Part shown: piece after piece, positions 23,377 through 35,493 of the stretch
Layout of the letters: each line of letters begins with the position of its first letter
How positions within the stretch are numbered: the stretch's first letter is position 1
Assembly (NCBI RefSeq): GCF_034006335.1
Contig: NZ_JAWDIQ010000001.1
Strand: one strand, 5' to 3'
From: Paracerasibacillus soli
Lineage (GTDB): Bacteria > Bacillota > Bacilli > Bacillales > Amphibacillaceae
DNA: 64,000 nucleotides
Translations under genes and position numbers: made by a program
Notes under the pieces: generated by a model
The model's database searches: none
Told to the model about the DNA's origin: nothing
Seen by the model: the letters and a program-made list of their open reading frames with translations, nothing else

Positions 23377-23796
23377 TTAATTGCGTTGGAAATCTTGAAA
23401 TAACGTACGGATGTCCTGAAATATAGAAATTCCGACCAAATAACTACAGGCTAGTTTACTATTTAATAGTTCTTTGAGAACAAGTTGGACAATTTCAGAG
23501 TCATTAAACCTTGCTCCGGCTGGAATATCTTGTACTTCAACATTTGGGCGATCAGGTGGAGAAGGTGGAAGTCGAATACCAGTTTCCTTTAATATCGCCT
23601 CGACTTGTTCTTGTTCTTCTTTAAAAAGATTTTCCAACATGTCATTTAAGATTTCATTTAATTGTTGGTCATCTGTGTGATTGATAAACACTTGCAATGT
23701 CACCATGTAACATTGGGTGTTATATAAGTACGACCAAAGATGGAATACTTCTCCTGAATGAAAAGGCTCCATTTGTTTTCCATTAAAAACGGCCAT
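23377..23796 (-). CDS. DUF3231-like protein (single-repeat, 139 aa)
   Basis: The pattern E.FHLWSYLYN....V.L.VF..H.DD..L..IL resembles the DUF3231 repeat. Confidence 0.4.
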   Translation of the reverse strand: MAVFNGKQMEPFHSGEVFHLWSYLYNTQCYMVTLQVFINHTDDQQLNEILNDMLENLFKEEQEQVEAILKETGIRLPPSPPDRPNVEVQDIPAGARFNDSEIVQLVLKELLNSKLACSYLVGISIFQDIRTLFQDFQRN

Positions 23797-23934
23797 AAAA
23801 AAACCTCCTAAAAAGATTGTTCATGTTATGTTTTCCTATTTGTTAATAAAATATGTTCTCTATATGTGTTTGGACAGGAACTAACATTTTTTATTTCACA
23901 TAGGCTAACATGGAGTCATTTCAACGTATAAAGG

Positions 23935-24918
23935 ATGGGGAGGAATATGAGAACGTGGAAGTTCTTACTTTTAAGCATAATAAGTTTTTGTTTGATATTG
24001 GTTGGCTGTCAAAACTCGCAGGATTCTGATAAGGCCCGTGCAAAAGATGAAGAAAAGATTGTACGAATAGGCTTTCAGAAAAATTGCCCTTTTGTTATTT
24101 TAAAAGGATTAGGAACACTTGAAGAACGTCTTGCATCATTAGGATATAAAGTGGAATGGAAGGAGTTTCAAGCAGGGCCCGCATTAGTTGAGGCCTTAAA
24201 TGCTGGTAGTATAGATGTTGGCAGAACAGGAAATTCCCCTGTTATTTTTGCACAAGCAGCTGGTACAACATTTGTAACATTGGCGGCGGGGTTACCTAAA
24301 TTTCATGGTAGTGGTATTTTAGTACCGAAGGATTCGGATATTCAATCGCTACATGATTTGGAAGGAAAAAAGATAGGATTTGCGAAAGGATCAAGCTCAC
24401 ATTATTTACTTGTAAAGGCTTTGGAAAAAGCAGGTGTAGCGTATACAGACATTATACCAGCCTATCTCCAACCAGGTGATGCGCGCGTTGCTTTTGAACA
24501 AGGAAATATTGACGCGATGGTCGTTTGGGATCCTTTTACAGCTTCTACACAATTGGATTCAGATGGCATTTTATTAGTAAGTGGGGAGGGTCTATCAACA
24601 GATCGGGATTTTTTTATTGCAACTGAATCATTTGCAAATAAACACGCTGACATTGCTTCGATCATTATAGAAGAGGTTGAGAAATCATCCGAATGGGCAA
24701 ATGAACATCATCATGAACTGGTAGAAATGTTAGTGCCAATTTTAAATTTAGATGAAGCAGCCATTAGTATGGCGGTGGAAAGAAGAATTTACGGTGTTGA
24801 AGAAATCAATGATGAGATTATTGCTGAACAACAAGACATTGCTAAGATGTTTTATGAATTGGAGATTATTCCGCATGAAATTGATGTGAAAGAAGTCATG
24901 AAAATAAGTATCAATTGA
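23935..24918 (+). CDS. ssuA: aliphatic sulfonate ABC transporter substrate-binding lipoprotein
   Basis: Lipobox LILVGC. NMT1/SsuA-type fold. Confidence 0.65.
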   Translation: MGRNMRTWKFLLLSIISFCLILVGCQNSQDSDKARAKDEEKIVRIGFQKNCPFVILKGLGTLEERLASLGYKVEWKEFQAGPALVEALNAGSIDVGRTGNSPVIFAQAAGTTFVTLAAGLPKFHGSGILVPKDSDIQSLHDLEGKKIGFAKGSSSHYLLVKALEKAGVAYTDIIPAYLQPGDARVAFEQGNIDAMVVWDPFTASTQLDSDGILLVSGEGLSTDRDFFIATESFANKHADIASIIIEEVEKSSEWANEHHHELVEMLVPILNLDEAAISMAVERRIYGVEEINDEIIAEQQDIAKMFYELEIIPHEIDVKEVMKISIN

Positions 24919-24940
24919 TAGTAGTAGGGAGAGGGGGCTA

Positions 24941-25708
24941 ATGATGCGACAACTGTTGAAATCTTCGTGGTTTAAAGTAATGCCGTGGATTGTGCCACTA
25001 ATCATCCTTACGCTGTGGCAAATCTTTTCATGGAGTGGCTTTTTACCTGAAAGAATTTTACCTGCACCTATTGATGTTGTGAAGTCAGCGATTGCGCTAT
25101 TAGCAACAGGTGAGTTGTATACACATATATCAACGAGTCTTTGGCGAGCCCTAACTGGCTTTTTAATTGGTGGAACCATTGGCTTTTTTCTTGGACTTTT
25201 CAATGGAGTTTCAAGATATTCGGAAATATTGTTTGATACTTCCATCCAAATGTTACGAAACATCCCACATTTGGCGCTAATTCCACTCGTTATTTTATGG
25301 TTTGGAATTGATGAAACGTCTAAAATATTTTTAGTCGCACTTGGAGTAATGTTTCCTGTTTATATTAATACGTATCATGGTATCAAATCTGTAGATAAAT
25401 CGCTCATAGAAATGGGAAGGGCTTACGGTTTAAAAGGGAGAACATTATTTTTTACAGTCGTATTACCTGGTGCGATGTCATCTATTCTTGTTGGTATTCG
25501 TTTTTCCCTTGGTGTGATGTGGTTAACTCTGATTGTGGCAGAAACGATATCAACTCATGCTGGAATTGGATATATGGCAATGAATGCACGGGAGTTTATG
25601 CAAATGGATGTCATTGTGTTAAGTATTGTTTTATATGCATTACTCGGTAAACTTTCTGATGTGATAGCTAAATATTTCGAAGGGAAATTATTGCGTTGGA
25701 ATCGTTAG
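24941..25708 (+). CDS. ssuC: aliphatic sulfonate ABC transporter permease
   Basis: BPD-transporter EAA-like loop. Six TM segments. Confidence 0.65.
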   Translation: MMRQLLKSSWFKVMPWIVPLIILTLWQIFSWSGFLPERILPAPIDVVKSAIALLATGELYTHISTSLWRALTGFLIGGTIGFFLGLFNGVSRYSEILFDTSIQMLRNIPHLALIPLVILWFGIDETSKIFLVALGVMFPVYINTYHGIKSVDKSLIEMGRAYGLKGRTLFFTVVLPGAMSSILVGIRFSLGVMWLTLIVAETISTHAGIGYMAMNAREFMQMDVIVLSIVLYALLGKLSDVIAKYFEGKLLRWNR

Positions 25709-25719
25709 GGGGTTAAAAA

Positions 25720-26503
25720 ATGAACCAGCTTCAAAGCATTCAGAATAACCATGTTGTGTTAGAAAACATTGAAAAGCAGTTCTCGAAACGCGAAGTTTTA
25801 AAAGGGATTAATTTAAAAGTAAAACAAGGAGAATTTGTTTCTATTGTAGGAAAAAGTGGTTGCGGAAAAAGTACATTACTTCGTCTTATTGCGGGATTAG
25901 ATAAATTAACAAAAGGGAATATTTTTATTACAGAACAGCAGCTAATAGGTTTGAATAAGGAAGCAAGAATAATGTTTCAAGATGGTCGCTTATTACCTTG
26001 GAAACGTGTGATTGACAATGTATGCGTTGGATTAGAAAAAGCCGATAGAAAAAAAAGGATTGAGGGCATTACAACAAGTTGGATTGTCGGATCGGGAAAG
26101 TGATTGGCCTAACAACTTATCAGGTGGACAAAAACAGCGTGTTGCATTAGCACGTGCATTAGTACACAACCCCAAATTATTATTACTTGATGAGCCATTA
26201 GGTGCTTTAGATGCCTTAACAAGAATTGAAATGCAACAATTGATTGAAGGACTATGGAGAGAAAAACGGTTTACGGCTCTTTTAGTCACCCATGATGTGG
26301 AAGAGGCAGTGGCCATGAGTGATCGCGTGTTGCTACTTGAAAATGGTATTGTGACATTAAATACACAAATAGACCTACCAAGGCCACGCCAACGGTCAAA
26401 TCACACTTTCTCCATGTATGTGGAAACCATTGTGAATCAGCTACTTGGTACAAATCCGTATAAGGGAAAACCAAATGATATTGTTCAGTCCATTGGCATC
26501 TAA
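25720..26503 (+). pseudogene. ssuB: aliphatic sulfonate ABC transporter ATP-binding protein, frameshift in A9 run near 26040
   Basis: Walker A GKSGCGKST, signature LSGGQKQRV, Walker B LLLDEP. Confidence 0.7.
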
Positions 26504-26707
26504 TTGTATATCGTAATGTAATTGACTGTAAGACCGCCATTTCAAGGATTCAAGGGGATTTATGAATGAAACGTGGGGAGTAACAGAAACCCGTTCGGTC
26601 CTAAAAGACGTAGGTCACAAAGGCGTTGCAACAGCACGTTGCGATTTTAGCCTTTGTTCCCTGCAAATCAGTAGGGGGGCGAAAATCCCACTGATAAAAA
26701 CTTGACT

Positions 26708-26983
26708 TTATCTACTTTTAATACCGTAAATGATACAGCCTACTCCTATAACAATCCAAATGAATTTACCGAAAGATACCTTACCAGCAATACCGTAAAG
26801 TCCAATTGCGGTCGTAAATATTAAAATCAATGGACCGACTATGGCCAGGGAACTATTAATGATTAATGCCTTTTCAACTTCATTAAATCTGATCATGAGG
26901 TAAGCGGCAAATATTTCGATTGTTCCGGATAATAACCGTAATAGGGCCATCCCAATAATCGCTCTCTCTAAAATAGCAAACAT
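26708..26983 (-). CDS. small 3-TM membrane protein (YqhV/DUF2619-like)
   Basis: About 91 aa if the start is at MFAILER. The longer ORF reaching 27076 has no RBS. Confidence 0.35.
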   Translation of the reverse strand: MFAILERAIIGMALLRLLSGTIEIFAAYLMIRFNEVEKALIINSSLAIVGPLILIFTTAIGLYGIAGKVSFGKFIWIVIGVGCIIYGIKSR

Positions 26984-27183
26984 GTCTATCCCCCTGTTAA
27001 ATATTCTTTTATTAGTATATGCATGTCCCCTTATCATAAAGAACGCATATTTAATGTGAATAAGAGGGATGTCCAAAGTTTATAACGAAATATAAAAATG
27101 TTCCTACTTTAAATATTGACGGAAAATAAAAGAAGGACCTATCCCGTGTAAAGTGGAGTGGTCCTATTTTTATACACAATAAA

Positions 27184-29143
27184 TTATTTAGCTTTGGTTT
27201 GGATGATTTCTTTAATATGTTCAACAATTTCAGGGTTTTCTAAGCCTGTAATATCACCTTTTATGTTGCCACGCAAGACAACTTCTTTTAATAAACGGCG
27301 CATGATTTTACCACTTACTGTTTTTGGGAGAGCTTCAACAAATACAATTTCCTTTGGTTGTGCAATCTTGCCGATTTGATGGATAATACTATTTGAAATC
27401 ATTGCTTTTAATTGTTCTTGATCTTTGTTAGGATTTGTTATGCGAACAAAAATTAAAGGTACCTCTCCTTTAATTTTATCTGGAATACCGATTACTGCTA
27501 CTTCAGCAACACCGTTTACTTCAAGAACTGCACTTTCCATTTCCATTGTGCTGATGCGATGACCTGCAACATTAAAAGCATCATCAGAGCGGCCAACAAC
27601 CCAAAAATGTCCATCGTCATCAATTAATGCTAAATCACTTGCATAATAAGCACCATCAACTTGGCTGTAATATGAACTATAAAATCTTTCGGGTTCTTTC
27701 CACAATGTACGGCAAAGCATAGGGAAAGGTGTTTTAATAATTAAATTACCTAATGTGCCGGGTGGTACTTCATTTCCGTCATGGTCCACAACGGCGAGAT
27801 CTACACCTAAAAATTCTATGCCAGCGGAACCGGGTTTCATTGGTGTAAGCCAGGCAGCATGAGCCAGTGGAGTTCCAGCAGTTTCCGTTTGTCCCCACGT
27901 ATTATTAATATATATCTTTTTCTTACCAAGCACGTCATAAGTCCAATGCCAAGTTTCTGGATCAAAAGGTTCGCCAACAAGTGAAATAACATCGAGACAT
28001 GTTAAATCATGTTTCTCTAATGAATCTTCCCCTAGGCTCTTTAGCATGCGCAAAGCGGTAGGAGCTGTAAATAATTTATTCACACGATACTTTTCAATAA
28101 TTTGATAAAATCGATCTTGGTTTGGATAATCAGGTGCCCCTTCATAAAATATTGTTGTTACACCATTTGCAAGTGCTCCAGCAATACCCCAAATGTGCAT
28201 CGTTAACCAACCGATATCGGCTGAACACCAAAAAACATCATCATCATGATGATCCATATGATATTTAGCATAAATATAGTTTTGAATAACAAATGCCATT
28301 CCCGAATGGACAACACCTTTTGGCTTTCCTGTTGTGCCACTTGTATAAAAGACAATCCCTGGTTCATTTGCTTCGATTCTTTTTGGCTTACAATGAATAC
28401 TAGCATTTTTAGTTAATTCATCCCAGTAATAATCTCTATTATCTTGCATGGTAATCTTTTCCTGGAGGCGATTGACAACAATTACTGCCTGAACAGATAA
28501 AACACTATCAATCACCCGATCTACCTTTTCCTTTAAAAAGATAGGACGTCCTCGGCGTTCAGTTGCATCTGCTGTAATAACAATTTTTGGTTTAAATTGA
28601 ATGAGTCGATCTTTTAATGAGTTCTCTGAGAAACCCGAAAAAATAGCGTTGTATACGGCACCAATCCGAAAACAAGCTAAGACGGCAATCACTGCTTCCG
28701 CTAAGTTCGGTAAATAAATTGCTACTCCGTCACCCTTTTTTACACCAAAAGATTTTAATACGTTAGCAAAACGATTCACTTCAGCAAGAAGCATATTGTA
28801 TGTATAAAAGGATGAATCGCCATTTTCACCTTCCCAAATAAGCGCTGTTCGATTACCTGCACCATTTTCTACATGTCGATCAAGTAAATTTACACAAGGA
28901 TTACTGATACCATCTACAAAAAAACGAAAGTTGGTAGGAACCACGAATTGTTTCAGTCCAAGGCTCAAACCATATTAGTTCGTTCGCAATATCACTCCAA
29001 AAGGATGCGGGATCTTGTCTAGATTGTGTGAGTAAAGCTGTGAAAGCTTTTTGGCTCCCAATAGCTGTTTTACGCACTTTTTCTTCATTTGGATAGATGA
29101 GTTTACTATTATTTATAACTTGTGAAATACCTGTAGTATCCAT
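27184..29143 (-). pseudogene. acetyl-CoA synthetase-like AMP-forming acyl-CoA ligase, frameshift in T7 run near 28955
   Basis: AMP-binding motifs YTSGTTGKPKGV, WWQTE-like WGQTE and the conserved Lys. Confidence 0.75.
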
Positions 29144-29286
29144 CCATGTCCTCCTTTGGCCATATATTTTAGTGCAAGATGATAGTACTTGGCATTATAA
29201 TAACAAATATTCAGAAGATAGTAAATAGACAGGCGGGAAGTAGCAAAAAAAGTCAAACATAGCGTGATGAATTTATATATAATGAG

Positions 29287-30075
29287 GTGGAGGTGATAAT
29301 TGTGGAGAAAATTATTAAAAGTTTATTGGGAGAAATTCAAAAAAATCCTTATGAGAGAATAAACTTACAACATTTTTCGCATAAAATCGGTTATTCTCCA
29401 TATCATTTTCATCGATTGTTTAAAAGGAGACGAATAGTACGTTTCAGAAGTTTGTCGAAAAGAATCGTTTGTTTTTTTCGATTAGAGATTTGCTGTATTC
29501 AAATAAAAGGATTATTGATATTGCTTTTCAATATGGATTTACATCGCATGAAGCTTATACAAGAGCAATTATGAAGAACTTTCAGCATTTACCTACACAA
29601 ATTAGAAGTTATCAAGAATTCCTTCCCTATTTTAATAAAAACTTAACGTCTGAAACGAATGAGTTGGATGAAGCCATACTTAGAGTATATGCAGCCTTTT
29701 ACATTTAGATCTTTTGCTCATAAACAACTAGGCTATCATTTGTTTTACGATATATGGATGGACGCATTAAAATATATGGATCTTATACATAACTCTATTT
29801 TAATGGCAGTTATAGATGAAGCATCTACGTATATGGTGGGAATAAAGTTACAGCCACAATGTAACGGGGAGTTCTATTCTGGAAACATGTATTATTCCGT
29901 TTATCATTATGGTCAGATTGAATCAATTAAAGACACATACATAAAGATGTATCAACATTGGATACCTCAAAATGGACTGAAAGTGAAACAAGGCGCGGTT
30001 TTAGAAATATACGAGAAGCATAGACCGGTTAAAATTAGTATTCCGATTGAGAGGAGTAGTAATGTCGTATGTTAA
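29287..30075 (+). pseudogene. AraC-family transcriptional regulator with C-terminal GyrI-like effector-binding domain, about 2 frameshifts
   Basis: Two AraC HTH halves (GYSPYHFHRLFK; DIAFQYGFTSHEAYTRA) followed by a GyrI-like domain. Confidence 0.5.
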
Positions 30076-31013
30076 CATGTGTGCATTATAAAGGAGATGC
30101 CTACGAGTATGGGCGTTATATTGGGAGCAAGCATGCGCATTTGAAGAAGATGATGACATTATTTAAAAGAAACTATACATTCTCGCAAAATATCATCGAG
30201 ATTAAATCGGTTTTGCAAAAATATTGTCCACAGCTATTGGAAGAAATAGTTGGAATACAAGAAGGTTTAGAAATAAGTGAAGTAGATGTGTTTCAGCTTT
30301 TTGCAGGATATGATATGCCCAAACTACAGACATTTGGCTGTACCAGTGTTGCAACAAAAGATTTTTATGTACGGAACTATGATTTCAGTCCAGAAATATA
30401 TGATGGGTCATTTTTAGTCTATGAAAACCTTGAAGGTGATCAGGTGTGTGGAAATTCTCAAATGCTTGTGGGACGATTAGATGGCATGAATCATCACGGT
30501 CTAGTCGTTGGCTTACATTATGTACATCAAGAGCCTTATAGAAAGGGATTTTTATGTAGTACGATTGTACGAATCGTACTAGAAATATGCTGTAACGTAG
30601 AAGAAGCAATTGATCTATTAAAGGAGTTGCCACATGCAAGCAGCTATAACTATTCATTAATGGATAAAGAAGGAAATATTGCAGTTTTTGAATCTAGTAC
30701 AGACCATTATCAAGTTGATAGAGGAGCGGATAAGGTAGTCTGTGTCAACATGTTTCAGACGAAAGCGATGAAGCAATATAATCCACATCATGTTGTGAGA
30801 TCAACAAATAGACTGAATGAGCTGGGCAAAATATTCATAGAGGATTGGTCTGTAGAAGATGCACACGAATGGTTCAACTCGCGCCAATCTCCTGTATTTT
30901 TCACAGATTACAAAGACTATTTTGGAACATTGTATACAGTATCTTATGTGCCACAAACGAAACAAATTCAACTAACCCCTTTTGATGGGGAAATGAAACA
31001 AATATACCTTTAA
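30069..31013 (+). CDS. C45-family Ntn-hydrolase (acyl-CoA:6-APA acyltransferase / choloylglycine hydrolase-like)
   Basis: FGCTS nucleophile context and C45 topology. Confidence 0.5.
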   Translation: MLTCVHYKGDAYEYGRYIGSKHAHLKKMMTLFKRNYTFSQNIIEIKSVLQKYCPQLLEEIVGIQEGLEISEVDVFQLFAGYDMPKLQTFGCTSVATKDFYVRNYDFSPEIYDGSFLVYENLEGDQVCGNSQMLVGRLDGMNHHGLVVGLHYVHQEPYRKGFLCSTIVRIVLEICCNVEEAIDLLKELPHASSYNYSLMDKEGNIAVFESSTDHYQVDRGADKVVCVNMFQTKAMKQYNPHHVVRSTNRLNELGKIFIEDWSVEDAHEWFNSRQSPVFFTDYKDYFGTLYTVSYVPQTKQIQLTPFDGEMKQIYL

Positions 31014-31095
31014 TGGAGATTCCTTTGAACAATATACAATATCATAAAAGGCAGGGACAAAAGGGTCTGACCCCTATCCCTGCCTTTCTTAAATT

Positions 31096-32653
31096 CTATT
31101 CTTTTTCCTTTTCAGCTGCTAATTGATTATCTGTTTCTTTTAGTTCATAACTGAGAGAATCGCGATCAATATTTTGTAATTGACTTTTCCCGGAAATGTT
31201 TTCCAAAAGTTCTTTTACATCAATTCCAGCAGATGCTTTTAATGATTCTTGTAAAGTTGACATTAAATTTGTCGCATAACCGGAAACTTTGTTCGCACCG
31301 CCATTTTCTCCACTACTACCTGTATCCACAACCGTAATTTGGTCGATATTAGCCAATGGACTTGCGACCTGTTTTGCGTATTTTTGGTAGCATTTTCATC
31401 ATCATATCAAGAACTGCAGCTTGCCCGTATTGTTCAAATGCTTCAGCAATCTTTCGTTTTGCTTCTGCTTCGGCCAATCCTTTAAGGCGAATAATATCAG
31501 CCTCAGATTCCCCTTCAGCGCGTCTAGCTTCTGCTTTTGCCAGACCATCGAGACGAATCTTTTCTGCATCTGCTTTTGCATGTGCTTCAATTCGATATTT
31601 ATTTGCATCAGCTTCTGCTAATTGTTTTGCTTTGTCCGCAATAGCTGCTTGTTCAACTGCATAACGATCAGCATCAGCTTTTTTCTTCACTTCTGAATCA
31701 TATTGTCTTTCACGACGCTGAATTTCCTTTTCTTCGAGTTCGATTTGCTTTTGACGTTCGATAATTCTAATTTGCATTTGCTGTTCGGTTACTTCTTGGT
31801 TAGCTCGAGCAGTTTCTAAGTCATATGCTTGGTCAGCACGGGCTTTCGCAATATCTTGCTCACGGCGATATTCCGCAGTTTTTAACTGGTTCTCCTTTTC
31901 AGCTTCTGCAATTTCAGTAGCGCGTTCAAGTTCAGCTTTTTTCGCTTCTTTTGCGGCTTCAGCTTGTTTAATACGTGTTTCCTTTTCTGCATCAGCTGTA
32001 GCAATATCAGCATCGCGTTTTACTTGGGCGATACGAGGTTTACCTAAAGAATCTAAGTAACCGTTTTTATCCTGTACGTCTTTAATAGTAAAAGAAACGA
32101 TAACGAGTCCCATTTTTGCTAAGTCTTGTGTCGCAACTCGCTGTACTTCTTGAGAAAACTTGTCACGGTTTTTATAAATTTCTTCGACTGTCATTGAACC
32201 GAGAATGGAACGAAGGTGTCCTTCTAGCACTTCTTTCGCTTCAGTTTCACGATCTTCTTTAGATTTCCCAAGAAATTGTTCGGCAGCAGTTGCAATTTCT
32301 TCGATTGAACCACCAATCTTTATAATTGCGGTACCGTCAGCCATCACTGGAACCCCTTGTTCAGTATAAACTTCGGGTGTTGTCACATCTAGTTTACTAG
32401 ATAGTAAACTAATCGGTTGGGCTCTTTGAAATACTGGTAAGACAAAAGTACCTCCACCTCGAATAATTTTAATCTTATTTCCAGATTCATCTCGGTGAAC
32501 GTTTTTACCCCCAAGATAACTACCGGTTACGATAAGCGCTTCATCTGGACCAGCAGTTTTATATTTAGATATGAATACACTAATGAGTGCAATCAATAAA
32601 ATAATAACTAGTCCTATGACGATACCTATCCCATCGAATAATAAATCTAACAT
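31096..32653 (-). pseudogene. floT: flotillin (SPFH/band-7 protein) FloT, frameshift near 31365
   Basis: N-terminal TM segment, SPFH domain and a long EA-rich coiled coil. The C-terminus continues in ORF 31096-31356. Confidence 0.7.
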
Positions 32654-32717
32654 TTTTATTCCTCCCTCTATATATTTTATGTATTAAACTATATATCTAT
32701 TAACTAGAAATATAGAT

Positions 32718-33266
32718 TTAATCAATGGATACATTCTTTAAGCTATCTTGATACGGAACAACAAATAATACGCCATTTTTTACTTCTAAAACTAAAACTT
32801 GCTCATCTTGTTGAATTGGAATGTTATCATAGCTTGCGGCTGGTTTTGAAATCATTCCACTTTTACTTTCAATGAAAATCTCTCCATAACCATCTTGTGG
32901 AACAGATAGGATTATTTTTCCTACTCTACCGACAAGAGAATCTTCAGTATAACTTAGCGACTGTTCTGCATTTGCCATGGGTACTAAAATAAATACATTT
33001 AAGATGGCATCAAGTATAAAGGCAATTGCAAGAGCAATCACTGCAATGAGTCCACTATGTATGGATGTTGTTTTTTCGAATATGAATCCTGTTGCCGAGA
33101 AAAAAATAATGAATGCAAGAACTAAAACCGGATTTAGAAACACGGATACTTCACCAACTGCTTCCAACAGGTCACCAAATAACATGTAAAAGACAATAAT
33201 CATACCAGCTATTATGAACGTATAAAAATAAATTTGTTCAATTGGATAACCAAATAATGTCATCAT
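32718..33266 (-). CDS. NfeD-like membrane protein (YuaF), partner of FloT
   Basis: Three TM segments plus an OB-fold. It lies immediately upstream of floT on the same strand, as in B. subtilis yuaF-floT. Confidence 0.6.
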   Translation of the reverse strand: MMTLFGYPIEQIYFYTFIIAGMIIVFYMLFGDLLEAVGEVSVFLNPVLVLAFIIFFSATGFIFEKTTSIHSGLIAVIALAIAFILDAILNVFILVPMANAEQSLSYTEDSLVGRVGKIILSVPQDGYGEIFIESKSGMISKPAASYDNIPIQQDEQVLVLEVKNGVLFVVPYQDSLKNVSID

Positions 33267-33527
33267 TTTTCACAACCTTTCTGTATGAAATTATGATTCT
33301 TTATTTTATATACGAAATCACCTAATCAAAAGTTTCAAAATCATTTCGCGATTATGGTGGTGAATATAAAAATAAAGTAGTACAATGGTAATGGGTAAAT
33401 AGACCTACTCGCGTTCGTTTCTTATGGCTTGTAAAATATTCGTGAATTTCCATTAGAATATTCATTTAATTATATCATTAAATGAACGATAAGATTACAG
33501 GTTATATGAATTCTTACGGTATTTTTA

Positions 33528-35266
33528 ATGAAGATAAAGAAAAGGGGGAAGACCATGCTAAAAAAAGTAAAATATAACAATTTGCCGATTGGATGGAAAT
33601 ATACGCTTGTATTTATGCTTATTATTATCCTTTTTGGTGGTTCTGCTGGTACCGTATCATACTTAATTAAAAATATAGGAAATGGCATTCATGTAGTGAA
33701 TACGAAGAGTGATGAGGCGATAGGCATTACCGAAATGGGTTCTTTAGTAGGTGCAAAATCTATTTATCTGCTTAACTATTATTACACAGGTGAAGAAGAA
33801 AATGTAGAAAACTTTAAAGCCGAAAATCAAAAGTTTAATGATATAAAAAATGAAGTTGAAATATTGCTTACGACAAAAGAACAAAGAGAATTACTTCATG
33901 AGATTGTAACTAGTGATTTGGAGATAAATCGGATTCTTAATTTTTATATTGTCCCCGCTATTAAAAATGGTAATCAGACATCAGCAGCTACTTACCTTAA
34001 AAACGCCGATCAACTACGTTTAGAGGCAATTAGTAAGATAGATGCACTTAAGGAAATTGTAAACAAGGAACGTGCTCAAGCTATTCAGCATGCTAATAAT
34101 CGACAGTTTTATACATTTGTAATTCAAATTGCATTTGCAGTTGCTTCATTAATTTTAGGTGGTATTTTGTTATTCTTTATAAGTAGAAATATATCTAAAG
34201 GATTACAACATGTTGTGAAGATGAATGATGAAATTGCAAAAGGCAATTTAAGTGTCATTAAAATAGCGGATGAGAGAAATGATGAGATAGGTTTTCTTGC
34301 TCGGGCTGCTAATCAAATGCGTGATACGTTAAAGACAATGTTTGAGCAAGTAGAAAGAGTGTCTGTCTCTGTTAGTAAACGGAGTGAAATGCTAAACGGT
34401 ACCGCACGTGAAGTAAAAACAGGCACACAGAGCAAATTGCTATCACAATGGAAGAACTTGCTTCAGGAACGGAAGTGCAGGCAACGCAAGCAGGGGAAAT
34501 ATCCAGTTCCATGCAATCTTTTACAAATATGGCACAAGAGTCAAATGAAAATGGTAAAGTAATACATATGGCATCCCATGAAATTCTGAACATGACAGAA
34601 GAAGGTATGACATTAATTACACAGTCAACTGAACAGATGAAAAAGGTGTTTCAAATTGTACAAGATGCAGTACAAAAGGTAAAAGGTTTGGATGATCAGT
34701 CCAAACAAATTTCTCAATTAGTTAATATTATTCAAGATATTGCGGACCAAACCAACTTACTAGCTTTAAATGCAGCAATTGAAGCGGCAAGAGCGGGTGA
34801 ACATGGTAGAGGATTTGCTGTTGTGGCAAATGAAGTGAAAAATCTTGCAGAACAAGTATCACAATCAGTTACGAGTATTACGGATATTGTGAACAACATT
34901 CAAACGGAGTCTAATGCTGTTGCGACATCCTTACAAGCTGGGTACAAGGAAGTTACTTTAGGTACAGAACAAATCAAAACAACAAATGATACATTTAATG
35001 GTATATCAATGTTTGTAAATGAAATGACAACTTATATTGAAACAGTTACAAAGAACTTAGAAGAAATGGCAGCGAAAAGTAGTGAAATGAATAGCTCTAT
35101 TCAAGATATAGCTGCAATATCTGAAGAAACTTCTGCTGGTGTCGAACAAACAACAGCTTCCATTCAGCAAACAAACGGAGCGATGGAGGAGTTTTCAAAT
35201 AGTGCAAATGAGTTAGCTAAAATGGCAACAGAATTAAATGGATTGCTTGATCAATTTAAAATGTAA
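33528..35266 (+). pseudogene. methyl-accepting chemotaxis protein, frameshift near 34440
   Basis: Two TM segments with a periplasmic domain, a HAMP domain, and the MCP signalling domain [24 protein letters not shown]. Confidence 0.75.
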
Positions 35267-35493
35267 GTTGGAGTAAGCAGGGCAGTAAATAGCTGTTCTG
35301 CTTTTTTGCTTGGCATTTTAAATAAAAGTAACACGTTAACTAATTTTTTAAAAGGTACGGAAGAGTGTGAATAAACATCAAAGCTATGGTATGATACGTT
35401 AAGAAAGATGTATGAATGTTGAATTTAAATGAAAGCGGATTCAACACCGGGTTTTTAGTCTATTTCTAAAAAAGTTCTATTTTGATTTAGATT

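Noticed and set aside
26984-27076. Longer 122-aa version of the small membrane protein ORF (start at 27076)
   Set aside because: The N-terminal 31 codons have no RBS and are not hydrophobic. The internal start MFAILER gives a compact 3-TM protein.
31356-31664. Antisense ORFs (31356-31664 +, 31421-31621 +, 31402-31608 -) inside floT
   Set aside because: They are low-complexity Ala/Ser/Cys/Phe-rich translations of the opposite strand of the E/A/K-rich flotillin coiled-coil. They have no RBS, and floT is well supported.
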